Shown here: positions 8,433 to 17,741 of the stretch, piece by piece | Layout of the letters: each line of letters begins with the position of its first letter | How positions within the stretch are numbered: position 1 is the first letter of the stretch | From: Planctomycetales bacterium | GTDB lineage: Bacteria; Planctomycetota; Planctomycetia; Pirellulales; S012-138 | Direction: 5' to 3' | DNA length: 64,000 nt | Assembly (NCBI GenBank): GCA_015488215.1 | Contig: WFOE01000049.1 | Coordinates: 12,761-76,760 of the forward strand | The notes under the pieces: generated by a model | Seen by the model: the letters and a program-made list of their open reading frames with translations, nothing else | The model's database searches: none | Told to the model about the DNA's origin: nothing | Position numbers and translations under genes: made by a program

Positions 8433-9557
8433 TCAGTCGATCCATCCGCCGCCCAGGACCCTATCTCCCTGGTAACAGACCACCGCCTGGCCCGGCGTGA
8501 CCGCGTGCTTCACCCCGGCAAGCTCCACGCGGAAGCGGTCCCCGGGAAGCGGCGTGACCACGGCCGGTTCGGGATTGCTCAGATAGCGGATTTTCACTTC
8601 ACATTCAAACGGCTTGCGCGGCTCGGGCACCAGCCAGTTGGCCTGCGAAGCGGTAAACCGGCGGCAGGCCAGCGCCTCTCGCGGGCCGATGACCACGCGG
8701 CGCGTTTCCGGCTCGATGCGCACGACGAACTGCGGCGTTCCCAGCGCCACGCCCAGCCCCTTGCGCTGGCCGATGGTAAAGTGCTCGATGCCCCGGTGGC
8801 GGCCCACCACGCGCCCGTCCAGTGTAACAATCTCGCCGGAAAGGTCCGTGCCTCCCCGGTGGCGGCGTACCATGGCCGCGTGGTCCCCGTCGGGCACGAA
8901 GCAGATTTCCTGGCTGTCGGGCTTGTGGGCCACTTGCAGTCCCAGCTCCGCCGCCCGGCGGCGAATCTCGCTCTTGTGGAACTCTCCCACCGGAAACAGC
9001 AAGTGCGGTAGCAGCTCGCGCCGGATGCCAAAAAGCACATAGGACTGGTCCTTGCCCGGGTCGCGTCCCTTGCACAAAGCGGGCACGCCGTCGGGATCGT
9101 CCACAGGGACCAGCCGCACATAGTGCCCGGTGGCGATCCGCTGGGCACCGATGTCCTGGGCGAACTCCCACAGCCGGCCGAACTTAATCCAGTTGTTGCA
9201 CATCACACAGGGGTTGGGCGTACGGCCGCGGCTGTACTCGGCCGCGAAGTAGTCCATGATGCGGCCGAACTCCCGCTCGAAGTTAATCGCATAGAAAGGG
9301 ATGCCCAGCCGGTCGGCCACGCGCTGGGCGTCGCGGGCGTCCTGGGCCGTGCAACAGCCCTTGGCGTGTCGGTCCGGCTGGATGACCGGCAACAGGGCTT
9401 CGGAAGCCTCTGCGGCATCCACCCGGCAAGTTTCCTCCTGGGCCTGGCCGTGGCGCATGAACAGTCCCACCACTTCGTAGCCCTGCTCCAGCAGCAAAGC
9501 AGCGGCCACGGAGCTGTCCACCCCGCCAGACATGGCCAGAACGACGCGTTCAGGCAT
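8433..9557 (-). CDS. mnmA: tRNA 2-thiouridine(34) synthase MnmA
   Basis: PP-loop motif VVLAMSGGVDSSVAA plus downstream catalytic Cys residues. The track start at 9587 is a TTG, so I prefer the ATG at 9557 (MPERVVLAMSGG). Confidence 0.93.
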   Translation of the reverse strand: MPERVVLAMSGGVDSSVAAALLLEQGYEVVGLFMRHGQAQEETCRVDAAEASEALLPVIQPDRHAKGCCTAQDARDAQRVADRLGIPFYAINFEREFGRIMDYFAAEYSRGRTPNPCVMCNNWIKFGRLWEFAQDIGAQRIATGHYVRLVPVDDPDGVPALCKGRDPGKDQSYVLFGIRRELLPHLLFPVGEFHKSEIRRRAAELGLQVAHKPDSQEICFVPDGDHAAMVRRHRGGTDLSGEIVTLDGRVVGRHRGIEHFTIGQRKGLGVALGTPQFVVRIEPETRRVVIGPREALACRRFTASQANWLVPEPRKPFECEVKIRYLSNPEPAVVTPLPGDRFRVELAGVKHAVTPGQAVVCYQGDRVLGGGWID

Positions 9558-9644
9558 GGAAGAGCTGAGGCTCCCTTGCAAGCGCAAACGGAGGAAGTGC
9601 CTCCATGGAAGTGTAGGGAAGGCCCGGGTTCCCGGGCAAGTTCT

Positions 9645-10391
9645 TCACCCAGCCGGGGGACGTTGTAGCAGGTGCCACAGCATTCCCAGCACGAACAGAA
9701 GCGTGGCCAGCAGATTCATGGCCGCGTGAACCACGGCCGAAGCGTGCCAACGGCGCCGGTGAGCCACGTGCCCCCAAACGGTGCCCAACCCGGTGATAAA
9801 CAACAACCGCCCCAAACTGGCATCGACCACGGCATGTTTGAGCGAGAACAACACGGCGGTCAGGATGATTGCCGGCCAAGGTCCCAGCACCCGGGAGAGC
9901 CGCCGCTGGATCACGCCTCGCCAGAGGAACTCTTCGGCCACCGGAACCACCAGGCCGTTGACCACCAACAGCGACAAAGGGGCCAGCACCGGCCCTGCTT
10001 GGGCAAGCCACCGTGTGGGGTTCCCGGGGGCTTCCCAGCCGGGCAGGCGCACCTGGCCCCAAAGCCACCGGTCCAGCGGGACAAGCAGTGCCGCACACGC
10101 TCCGCACCAGGCCACGGCCACCCAGAAATCCTGTCGCCGAGGAAACCGGGCGGCCGCGTTCGCCAGCCGCCGCAGTTGCCCGCGCAACGACATACCCAGC
10201 CCTCGGGCAACACCGAAGACCAGCAACAGATAGGCCGCTGCGCTGCAAAGCTGGTCGTTGACCACCCGGGCCGAAACGACCGGCAGCCAGGGGGCAAGCC
10301 CCCGGCGAGCCAGATACTCCACCGCGGTGATTGCCAGGGCCAGCAACAGGCAGGCACGGACGATGTCGCCTCGACTGGGACCGGAAAGCAT
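9645..10391 (-). CDS. CPBP family intramembrane glutamic endopeptidase (CAAX protease / Abi family)
   Basis: Motifs VAEEFLWRG, FSLKH and HAAMN in a multi-pass membrane protein. The track start at 10409 is a TTG, so I prefer the ATG at 10391. Confidence 0.85.
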   Translation of the reverse strand: MLSGPSRGDIVRACLLLALAITAVEYLARRGLAPWLPVVSARVVNDQLCSAAAYLLLVFGVARGLGMSLRGQLRRLANAAARFPRRQDFWVAVAWCGACAALLVPLDRWLWGQVRLPGWEAPGNPTRWLAQAGPVLAPLSLLVVNGLVVPVAEEFLWRGVIQRRLSRVLGPWPAIILTAVLFSLKHAVVDASLGRLLFITGLGTVWGHVAHRRRWHASAVVHAAMNLLATLLFVLGMLWHLLQRPPAG

Positions 10392-10603
10392 GGTTGCCGA
10401 TGTTTCCAAAAACGGAAGCCGCCGAGCCCCACCGCCCCGACCAAGGACCTCAGCGGCGAAAAGTCCACTCCGAACAGGTATAGCACATGGCCAGAGACAA
10501 AACTTGACCCATGCTCCTGTTTGGTCGATACTTCTATTGGAGGCTCGGCCTCGGGGTTGCTCTCGGGTGACCCTAGCGGCGTTGCCTCCTGTTTTTTATG
10601 CGC

Positions 10604-11482
10604 TTAGCGGGCCGTGTAGGGGGCCGGGACAAACACAATTCCGTACTCGTGGTAAGTTTTTCCGTTTCGATACGCTTGCCCTCGGAATTGCAGCCGGTTG
10701 AGCCACGGTCCAAACTCCTCTGCGATTTCTTGCCGTACAGGAGCGTTCATGCCTCGATTTGGAAGCCGGAATCCCCAATTAACGCAATAAATGCAGAGGT
10801 CTGCTGCCTGAACGGGATAGGTCATTTCGGAGGAGACAAAAAAGGGCGTCGGCACAATCCAGGTGGAGCGGTACCGTCCTGTCTGGGATTTCTTGAAATA
10901 GCGTTCCAGTCGTGCCACGAACCGGCGTGCTTCTCGCTTTTCCACTTCGTCCATGACCAACAGGCCGTATTCCTGCTCGGCTTCTAAAAAGTAGAAGAAC
11001 CGTTCCAGCAAAAACACGTGGTCCTTCCGCAAAAATTCGTCCGCTTCGAAAGTCGTTGGTCGCTGTACGCTTTTGGGAATGGCAGCAGCAAACAATTTGG
11101 CTCCATGACCGTACAGCAACTGGAAGATTCCTCGCGCCATTTCCAGGCACGCTTGCCCGTAAGCGGTAAACTCTATCCTCGCCGGAGATTTTTTCTCCAA
11201 CCCTTTGGTAAGAAACGCCCGGCAGTGCTTGCGCCGCTCCTCTTCCCTCATGGGGGCTGCCTGAGCGGCCCAGCGAAAGCGGTCCTTGTCCAGCAGTTTG
11301 GAGCCTTTGAGTTCCTTGCGGAACTGATGCAGCATGGTCCCGAAAGAAGCCCGCTCCAGCCGCTGCATCTCTTGTACGAAAGACCACAGCTTGCCAGCGT
11401 GGAGAGCAATCCTCCCGCGCACTTCGTAGGGCATCGTGCGGTGATCGTGTCCGCTTTCATCCAAGAATAATAACCAGCTCAT
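10604..11482 (-). CDS. DUF3800 domain-containing protein
   Basis: The N-terminus MSWLLFLDESGHD and the later PVQAADL are hallmarks of DUF3800. The track ORF was trimmed to the ATG at 11482. The gene is visibly lower in GC than its flanks. Confidence 0.85.
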   Translation of the reverse strand: MSWLLFLDESGHDHRTMPYEVRGRIALHAGKLWSFVQEMQRLERASFGTMLHQFRKELKGSKLLDKDRFRWAAQAAPMREEERRKHCRAFLTKGLEKKSPARIEFTAYGQACLEMARGIFQLLYGHGAKLFAAAIPKSVQRPTTFEADEFLRKDHVFLLERFFYFLEAEQEYGLLVMDEVEKREARRFVARLERYFKKSQTGRYRSTWIVPTPFFVSSEMTYPVQAADLCIYCVNWGFRLPNRGMNAPVRQEIAEEFGPWLNRLQFRGQAYRNGKTYHEYGIVFVPAPYTAR

Positions 11483-11666
11483 GAGATTTCCTGGGCACGC
11501 TCGTCGCTGGCTTCTGGCTGCTCGAGAAATGCCAGGTGTCGAGCCGCGATGCTCTTCTAAGCCCCCAACCAAACTCTTGGGGCACTCCCGGGGACGATTC
11601 TACCCAGCGGTCGGCGAGCTGCCACCGAATCTGTTCGAAAACAGAGTCTAACCTATTTAGAATCAT
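11457..11666 (-). CDS. possible 69-aa upstream ORF overlapping the DUF3800 start
   Basis: ATG-initiated track ORF (MILNRLDSVFEQIRWQLADRWVE...) with the same low-GC composition. It overlaps DUF3800 by 26 nt. No recognisable motif. Confidence 0.2.
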   Translation of the reverse strand: MILNRLDSVFEQIRWQLADRWVESSPGVPQEFGWGLRRASRLDTWHFSSSQKPATSVPRKSHELVIILG

Positions 11667-11724
11667 CCATGTCCCCCAGACAGGCTTGCTCTGACGATTG
11701 AAGCAGCAGGGCTTTGAAGCCCCG

Positions 11725-12495
11725 CTACCTGTTTCGCCGCAGCGTCCATTGCGGCTGAATGTAACGTGCAGCCATCAGTCGGAGGGCCTGCTTTTTTTCC
11801 TCGGCGGTGAGCTGGCCCGGGACAAGTTGGACTTCAAACAGCGCTTCGATTCGCCGGAGCCAATCCTGCAGCAGGGTCTGGGTGTCCACCTTCCGGCCCA
11901 GCAGCTCGGCCAGTCCCACCGGGTGCTGCGGCCAGGCGGGTTTTTCTAGCAGCAACGAGCCGTGCTGGAGCAGACCGCCGCGACGGCGGCGCTGGGCGCT
12001 GCCTGCAAGCTTCACGGTGCCGTGCGGTCCCGGGGCCACCACGTCGCCGGGGCTTCGGCGCAGGAAGCACAAAAACGGTTCCGGTTCGGGGCCCGGCGGG
12101 GGTTGTTCCACCACCCGGGCGGCAATCCCCAGCTCTTGCAGCACTTCCACCCAGCCCTGGTGCACGCGGGCGTAAAGGGCCTGATGCTGCCGGGCCAGGG
12201 GATGCCCGGCCGGCAAAGTGAGCGAGTAGGTCCATTCGTGGTGGTGGACAATCGCCCCGCCGCCGGTGAGCCGCCGCACCAGAGCCACCCGGTCTTGCTT
12301 CCGCAGCGACTCCAGTTGCGGTTGCCGGGCCGATTGGAAATAGCCCAACGAAACCGTCGGGCGGCACCACTGGTACATGCGTAGCGTCCCCCGTTCCCCG
12401 GCGGCGGCCGACTCCAGCAGTGCTTCGTCCACGGCCATGTTCCACGCCGGACCGCAGGGGCCGTGCAGGATCAGACGCCACGGTTGCCGGCCCAC
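11725..12495 (-). CDS. lipoate-protein ligase / octanoyltransferase family protein (BPL_LplA_LipB)
   Basis: The N-terminus WRLILHGPCGPAWNMAVDEALL and the segments TLRMYQW, PTVSLGYFQ and GGGAIVHH are typical of the family. The GTG start lies directly after the gcvPB stop. Confidence 0.85.
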   Translation of the reverse strand: MGRQPWRLILHGPCGPAWNMAVDEALLESAAAGERGTLRMYQWCRPTVSLGYFQSARQPQLESLRKQDRVALVRRLTGGGAIVHHHEWTYSLTLPAGHPLARQHQALYARVHQGWVEVLQELGIAARVVEQPPPGPEPEPFLCFLRRSPGDVVAPGPHGTVKLAGSAQRRRRGGLLQHGSLLLEKPAWPQHPVGLAELLGRKVDTQTLLQDWLRRIEALFEVQLVPGQLTAEEKKQALRLMAARYIQPQWTLRRNR

Positions 12496-13971
12496 TTAGC
12501 CGTTCTCCTGCGGGGTCCACTTGAGCACGGGATTGCGGGCCGCCCGAACCTCGTCCGGCCGGCTGATCCAGGTGCTGTGCGGGGCTTCGTGCAGCAGCTC
12601 GGGAGCTTCCTCGGTGATGCGGAACAGCACTTGGGCCAATGCGTCGAGCGATTCCTTGCTTTCGGTTTCGGTCGGCTCGATCATCATCGATTCCCGCACG
12701 GTAATCGGGAAGTAAACCGTGGGGGCATGGAAGCCAAAGTCCAACAGCCGCTTGGCCAGGTCCATGGCCGAGATGCCCCGTTCCTGGCGTAGCTTCTGGG
12801 CCGTGGCTACGAACTCGTGCATGCAGCGGTCCCCGAAGGGTACCGGCAGGAAGTGCTTCACCAGGGCAAGCAGGTAGTTGGCGTTCAGCACCGCGTCTTC
12901 GCTTACGCGGCGAAGCCCTTCCGGCCCGTGGGTGCGAATGTAAGCGTACGCCCGAATCAGCACGCCCACGTTGCCGAAGAAGCTGCGCACCTGGCCGATG
13001 GACTGGGGCCGGTCGTAATCCAGGCGGTAGCGGCCTTCGGCGTCGCGAACCACCACAGGGACGGGCAAGTAGGGGGCCAGCTCGCGGCGGACGGCGATGG
13101 GACCGGCTCCGGGGCCCCCGGCTCCGTGCGGGCCGCTGAAGGTTTTGTGCGGGTTGAAATGCATCATGTCGGCCCCGAAGTCGCCCGGCCGGGTGATGCC
13201 CAGGATGGCGTTCATGTTGGCCCCGTCCAGATAGAGCAGGCCCCCTCGCTGGTGCACCAGGTCGGCGATCTGCTTGATCTGCGGTTCGAACAGTCCGAGC
13301 GTGTTGGGGTTGGTTATCATGAACACGGCCACCTGGTCGTCCAGCTTGGCTTGCAGGTCTTCCAGATCGACCAGGCCGCGAGCGTTGCTGCGCACCGTTA
13401 CCGCTTGGAATCCGGCCATGGCGGCGCTGGCCGGGTTGGTGCCGTGGGCCGAATCGGGAATGAGCACCTTGGTCCGCGGGCCCAGCTCCTTTTGCCGGTC
13501 GCGGAACCAGGCGGCGGCCATCAGCAGGGCGGTCAGTTCGCCCTGGGCTCCTGCGGCGGGCTGAAGCGAAACGGCGTCCAGCCCCCCGATCTCGGCCAGA
13601 TACTCTTGCAGCTCGTAGAGCAACTGCAACAAGCCCTGGATCGACGGTTCCGGCTGGTAGGGATGCACCTGGGCGAACCCGGGCAGCGAGGCCCAGGCGT
13701 CGTTCCGCTTCGGGTTGTACTTCATCGTACAAGAGCCGAGCGGATAGGTGTGGGTATCCACCGACATGTTCTGCGTGGAGAGATTGACGTAGTGCCGCAC
13801 CACGTCCGGCTCGGTCAGTTCCGGTAGCGGGGGCGGGGCGGAAGCCAGGTGGCGCTGCGGGACCAGACGCTGCGGCTCTTCCCGAGGCACGTCGCACTCG
13901 GGCCACCGCACCCCGCGGCGACCGGGCCGGGAAAGTTCAAAAACCAGTTGCGTTGCTCGGTGGTTTCGCAT
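12496..13971 (-). CDS. gcvPB: glycine dehydrogenase (decarboxylating) subunit 2
   Basis: 491 aa. The PLP-lysine region HFNPHKTFSGPHGGGGPG-like motif is present as HFNPHKTFSGPHGAGGPG. Confidence 0.95.
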   Translation of the reverse strand: MRNHRATQLVFELSRPGRRGVRWPECDVPREEPQRLVPQRHLASAPPPLPELTEPDVVRHYVNLSTQNMSVDTHTYPLGSCTMKYNPKRNDAWASLPGFAQVHPYQPEPSIQGLLQLLYELQEYLAEIGGLDAVSLQPAAGAQGELTALLMAAAWFRDRQKELGPRTKVLIPDSAHGTNPASAAMAGFQAVTVRSNARGLVDLEDLQAKLDDQVAVFMITNPNTLGLFEPQIKQIADLVHQRGGLLYLDGANMNAILGITRPGDFGADMMHFNPHKTFSGPHGAGGPGAGPIAVRRELAPYLPVPVVVRDAEGRYRLDYDRPQSIGQVRSFFGNVGVLIRAYAYIRTHGPEGLRRVSEDAVLNANYLLALVKHFLPVPFGDRCMHEFVATAQKLRQERGISAMDLAKRLLDFGFHAPTVYFPITVRESMMIEPTETESKESLDALAQVLFRITEEAPELLHEAPHSTWISRPDEVRAARNPVLKWTPQENG

Positions 13972-14059
13972 GGTGGCTGTTGTCGATAAGCGGTTGCTCT
14001 TGGCTGAATCGTTCCCGTGGTTTTTCGGTGAGGAGGGGGCAAGAAAAACGCTTGCTGGC

Positions 14060-14225
14060 TATTTTGTCTCCGGGAGCTAAAGCTCCCGGCTCGCCGATTC
14101 AAAAAAACAGCGTCGTTTTACTGCCCGGTGCGGAAGCACGCCCGCAAGCCTCCACGTCTCTAAATCTCCCGCCTTGCGGTGCGGAAGCACCCTGCGCGTG
14201 CCGCCGGTCGCGCGAACCGGCAAGG
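14060..14225. repeat. intergenic multi-hairpin repeat array R2 (between gcvPA stop and gcvPB start)
   Basis: CCGGGAGC-taaa-GCTCCCGG-CTCGCCGATT at 14070-14099. GGTGC-GGAA-GCAC(C) at 14127-14139 and 14178-14191. Confidence 0.85.
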
Positions 14226-15572
14226 CTACGGCGCCTGGTGCAGCACTTGGGCCAGGCGGTCGATCTGTTCCCGAGTGCGTTTTTCGGTAACGGCCACCAG
14301 GAAGCAGTCTTCCAGTTCCGGGAACCAGCGCCCCAGCGGCACGCCGGCGGCAATCCCTTGTTGCCAGGCGTAGTCGAGCACCTGGGCCACGCGCCCCTGG
14401 CGGTCCTGCACCACGAACTCTTTGAAAAACGGCCGGTCGAAACGCACGCGGAATCGGTCGTGTTCGGTGATACGGCGAGCGGCGTAATGGGCTTTTTGCA
14501 GGCACAATTCGGCCTGTTCCCACAGGCCCTGCGGTCCCAGGAGCGACAGGTACACCGCCGCCCGGATGGCCAGCAGCCCCTGGTTGGTGCAGATGTTGCT
14601 GGTGGCCTTTTCGCGGCGGATGTGCTGTTCGCGGGTCTGGAGCGTGAGCACCCAGCAGCGCCGGCCGCGGCGATCCACGGTCTGGCCGGCAATCCGGCCG
14701 GGCAGGCGGCGTAAGAACTCCTCGCGGCAGGCCATCACGCCCAGGTACGGCCCGCCGAAGCTCATCGGCGAGCCGAGCGATTGCCCTTCGGCCACCACGA
14801 TGTCGGCTCCGTACTGGCCGGGCCGCTTCAGCAGGCCTAGGCTAATCGGGTCCACGACCACCACCAGCAGCGAGCCGTGCTCGTGGGCCACTTGGGCCAA
14901 TTGTTCCATCTCCTCCAGCGAACCGAAGAAGTTCGGCTGCTGCACCAGCAGGCAGGCCGAAGGCTCTCGCAGTGCCTGGGCGGCTTCTTCCGGGTCGGTG
15001 GTTCCGTCGGGACAGGCCAGCTCGACGACTTCGGTTTCCAGGTTTTCCAGATAGGTGTGCAGGATACGACGATACTCCGGATGCACGCCGCGGCTGACCA
15101 CCACGCGGTGCGAGCGGCCCGTGGCCGTAAAGCTCATCAACACCGCCTCGGCCGCCGCGGAGCCGCCGTCGTAGAGACTGGCATTGGAAACGTCCATGCC
15201 GGTCAACTGGGTGATCATCGTCTGGTATTCGAAGAAGGTTTGCAGGTTGCCCTGGCTCACCTCGGGCTGGTAGGGGGTGTAGGAGGTGTAGAACTCGCCG
15301 CGGCCGGCGATGTAATCGACCACGGCAGGGACGAAGTGGTCGTAGCTGCCCGCCCCCAGAAAACAAACCCAGCGGTCCATCGCCTGGTTGCGCCCGGCCA
15401 GTTGGGCCATGTGCGCGGCCAGTTCCATTTCGCCTTGGGGTTCGGGTAGATTCAGGGGGCGGTTCAACCGCAACGGTGCCGGCACCTGGGCGAACAGCTC
15501 CTCGATGCTTGCCGCACCGATTGTCTGGAGCATCGCCTGGCGATCTTCGGGGGTGTTCTGCTGGTAGGTCAT
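14226..15572 (-). CDS. gcvPA: glycine dehydrogenase (decarboxylating) subunit 1
   Basis: The 684-aa track ORF was trimmed to the internal ATG at 15572 (MTYQQNTPEDRQAMLQTIG...), giving the 448 aa expected for GcvPA. The upstream part of the ORF overlaps gcvH and gcvT in another frame. Confidence 0.93.
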   Translation of the reverse strand: MTYQQNTPEDRQAMLQTIGAASIEELFAQVPAPLRLNRPLNLPEPQGEMELAAHMAQLAGRNQAMDRWVCFLGAGSYDHFVPAVVDYIAGRGEFYTSYTPYQPEVSQGNLQTFFEYQTMITQLTGMDVSNASLYDGGSAAAEAVLMSFTATGRSHRVVVSRGVHPEYRRILHTYLENLETEVVELACPDGTTDPEEAAQALREPSACLLVQQPNFFGSLEEMEQLAQVAHEHGSLLVVVVDPISLGLLKRPGQYGADIVVAEGQSLGSPMSFGGPYLGVMACREEFLRRLPGRIAGQTVDRRGRRCWVLTLQTREQHIRREKATSNICTNQGLLAIRAAVYLSLLGPQGLWEQAELCLQKAHYAARRITEHDRFRVRFDRPFFKEFVVQDRQGRVAQVLDYAWQQGIAAGVPLGRWFPELEDCFLVAVTEKRTREQIDRLAQVLHQAP

Positions 15573-15688
15573 CGGTGAAGGAGTCGTCGTGTCGGCGGGA
15601 CATGGTACGGTGCCGCACGCACCAACGGCGAAACCCATCCGAGTGCGGCGGTTTCTCGGCTCAATGGGGCAACGCTTGCGCCCGCGGT

Positions 15689-16087
15689 TTACATCCCCTC
15701 TTCGCACATCTTCTGGTAAGCCTGGTGGTCCATTAGTTGTTCCACCTGGCTGGGATCGTTCACTTGCACTTTGATTAGCCAGCCGGCGCCGTAGGGGTCC
15801 TGGCTCAACGGGTCCAGGTCTTCGGTCAGTTTCTGGTTCACTTCCACCACTTCGCCATCCACGGGGCTGTACAGGTCGCTGACGGCCTTGACCGATTCCA
15901 CTTCGCCGAACGACTCGCCCCGGCGAACCTGCTGGCCCACCTCGGGCAACTGGATGTAAACCAGGTCGTTGAGCTGTTCGACGGCGTGGTCGGTCAGGCC
16001 CACGGTGGCGATGGTTTTCCCCTCGGCGGTGGTTTCCAAGTGGACCCACTCGTGCGTGTCGGTGAAGCGGAGTTGTTCGGGATTCAC
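15689..16087 (-). CDS. gcvH: glycine cleavage system H protein
   Basis: 132 aa. The lipoyl-lysine motif ESVKAVSDLYSP and the N-terminal THEWV are present. GTG start in a GTGA overlap with the gcvT stop. Confidence 0.95.
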   Translation of the reverse strand: MNPEQLRFTDTHEWVHLETTAEGKTIATVGLTDHAVEQLNDLVYIQLPEVGQQVRRGESFGEVESVKAVSDLYSPVDGEVVEVNQKLTEDLDPLSQDPYGAGWLIKVQVNDPSQVEQLMDHQAYQKMCEEGM

Positions 16088-17205
16088 GGCTGGGACCCTT
16101 TCTTTTTGCGTCGGTGGTAAAACGGCAGCGGCACCACGGTGGCCGGCTCGGGCCGCCCGCGCACGTCCACGTGCAGTTGGGTACCCGGGGCCGCAAGCTC
16201 GGGAGCCACGTAGCCCATGGCGATGGACTTTTGCAGCGTGGGCGAGAACGTGCCACTGGTAACCTGGCCCACGATGTCATTCTGGCGGAGGATGGCGTAG
16301 CCTTCGCGCGCCACGCGGCGGGAGTGCAGCTCCAGCCCCACCAGACGAGCCAGGGCCGAAAAGTCGGCTTGCCGCAGCGCTTCGGCCCCGATGAAGTCCT
16401 TGTCCAGGTCCACGGCGAAGTCCAGCCCGGCTTGCTGCGGCAGCGTGTTTTCGGTCAGTTCGTGTCCGTAAAGAGGCATGCCGGCCTCGAGCCGGAGGGT
16501 GTCGCGGGCTCCCAGTCCGGCCGGTTTTCCGCCCAGGGGGGTTACGCGGCGGATAATCTCCTCCCACAGTTCCAGCGCGGCCCCGGCCCCGACGATCAGT
16601 TCCACGCCGTCTTCGCCCGTATAGCCCGTGCGGCTGACGATGCCGCCGCGGCCCAGCACCGTCGTCTCGGTGGCCCGATAGTAACGAAGCTCTTGCAGCG
16701 GCTGGTGGACCAGCGGTTGCACGGCCTCCAGCGCCCGGGGCCCTTGCACGGCAATCATGGCCCACTGCTGTGTGAGGTCTGAAAGCGTGACCTCGTAGCC
16801 CTGGTAGTGCTCTTCGATCCAGTCGAGCACCCGCGGGCGGTTGGCTGCGTTGACCACCAGCAGCACGTAGTCGTTGCCGGCCGCGTCGGTCATGCGATAG
16901 ACGAGCACGTCGTCCAGGATGCCGCCCTGGGGGTTGGTCAGCAGGGCGTAGCGGACCTGGCCCGGCTTCATCGTCTGCACCCGCCGCGTGACCAGGTGAT
17001 CGACCAGCCGCAGAGCGTCCGGCCCGTCCAGACGCAATCGGCCCATGTGCGAGATGTCGAACACCCCCACACTCTGCCGCGTGGCCTGGTGTTCTTCCAC
17101 AATCGAGCTATATCGCACCGGCATGTGCCAGGAAGCAAACGGGACCATCTGCGCCCCGTGCTCCACGTGCCAGGGGTGCATAGGCGTCTGGAGCAAGGCG
17201 TTCAT
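16084..17205 (-). CDS. gcvT: glycine cleavage system aminomethyltransferase T
   Basis: Trimmed to the ATG at 17205 (MNALLQTPMHPWHVEHGAQMVPFASWHMPVRY), a typical GcvT N-terminus. Confidence 0.93.
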   Translation of the reverse strand: MNALLQTPMHPWHVEHGAQMVPFASWHMPVRYSSIVEEHQATRQSVGVFDISHMGRLRLDGPDALRLVDHLVTRRVQTMKPGQVRYALLTNPQGGILDDVLVYRMTDAAGNDYVLLVVNAANRPRVLDWIEEHYQGYEVTLSDLTQQWAMIAVQGPRALEAVQPLVHQPLQELRYYRATETTVLGRGGIVSRTGYTGEDGVELIVGAGAALELWEEIIRRVTPLGGKPAGLGARDTLRLEAGMPLYGHELTENTLPQQAGLDFAVDLDKDFIGAEALRQADFSALARLVGLELHSRRVAREGYAILRQNDIVGQVTSGTFSPTLQKSIAMGYVAPELAAPGTQLHVDVRGRPEPATVVPLPFYHRRKKKGSQP

Positions 17206-17385
17206 CGTCGGGCTGGTTTTTGAAAGAGCAACGAACCACCGCCGGCCACGGGCGGCAAGCGGACCCGCAAAGGGCCGCAGCGTCATTCTACCGCTTTCGC
17301 CCGGGCGTGCCAGTACGCGGCCGCCAAGAGTGCGGCCAAAATCCGGCGCGGTTCTCCGGCGGCAAGAAGGCCGGATTTTCCATCT

Positions 17386-17630
17386 GGCGAGCCCCGGACT
17401 TTCAGTCCAGGGAGGTCATTCGCAACTGCCCGTTTTGCTCGTTTTTCTCCGGGGACCGAAGTCTCCGGCTCGCCGTTTCCGTTTCCAAGAATCAGCGTTT
17501 CTTCTTGCCTGGTGCGGAAGCACCTTGCTCAAGACACAAGACCCAAGACGCAAGACCTCCTGAAGCGGGAGCGATCGCGCAAAGCGCAAGCGGCAAGTCG
17601 ATGCGCTTGCCCGAGAGCGCAAGTTCCCGG
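17386..17630. repeat. intergenic multi-hairpin repeat array R3 (between rho stop and gcvT start)
   Basis: GGCGAG-CCCCGGAC-tttc-AGTCCAGGG at 17386-17412. CCGGGGAC-cgaa-GTCTCCGG-CTCGCCG at 17449-17475. CAAGAA...TTCTTG stem followed by GGTGC-GGAA-GCACC at 17511-17524. Four CAAGACN heptads at 17530-17556. Confidence 0.85.
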
Positions 17631-17741
17631 TATGTCCCGAAGCTCCACGTGCTCTCGCGGCGTTTCAGCTTCCCGGGGCGAGAGCTTCCTGCGGCTGGGG
17701 GCATGGTGCCACCAGCCGGGTGGGGGAGTGCCGCCTGCGGC

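Noticed and set aside
17206-17385. Glycine riboswitch expected upstream of gcvT
   Set aside because: I reverse-complemented the leader and looked for the conserved GGAGAG...CACCGAAGGGGCAA...CTCAGG cores. Only a lone GGAGAA is present, with no ACCGAAGG-type core, so I cannot support a riboswitch call. An Rfam RF00504 scan would settle it.
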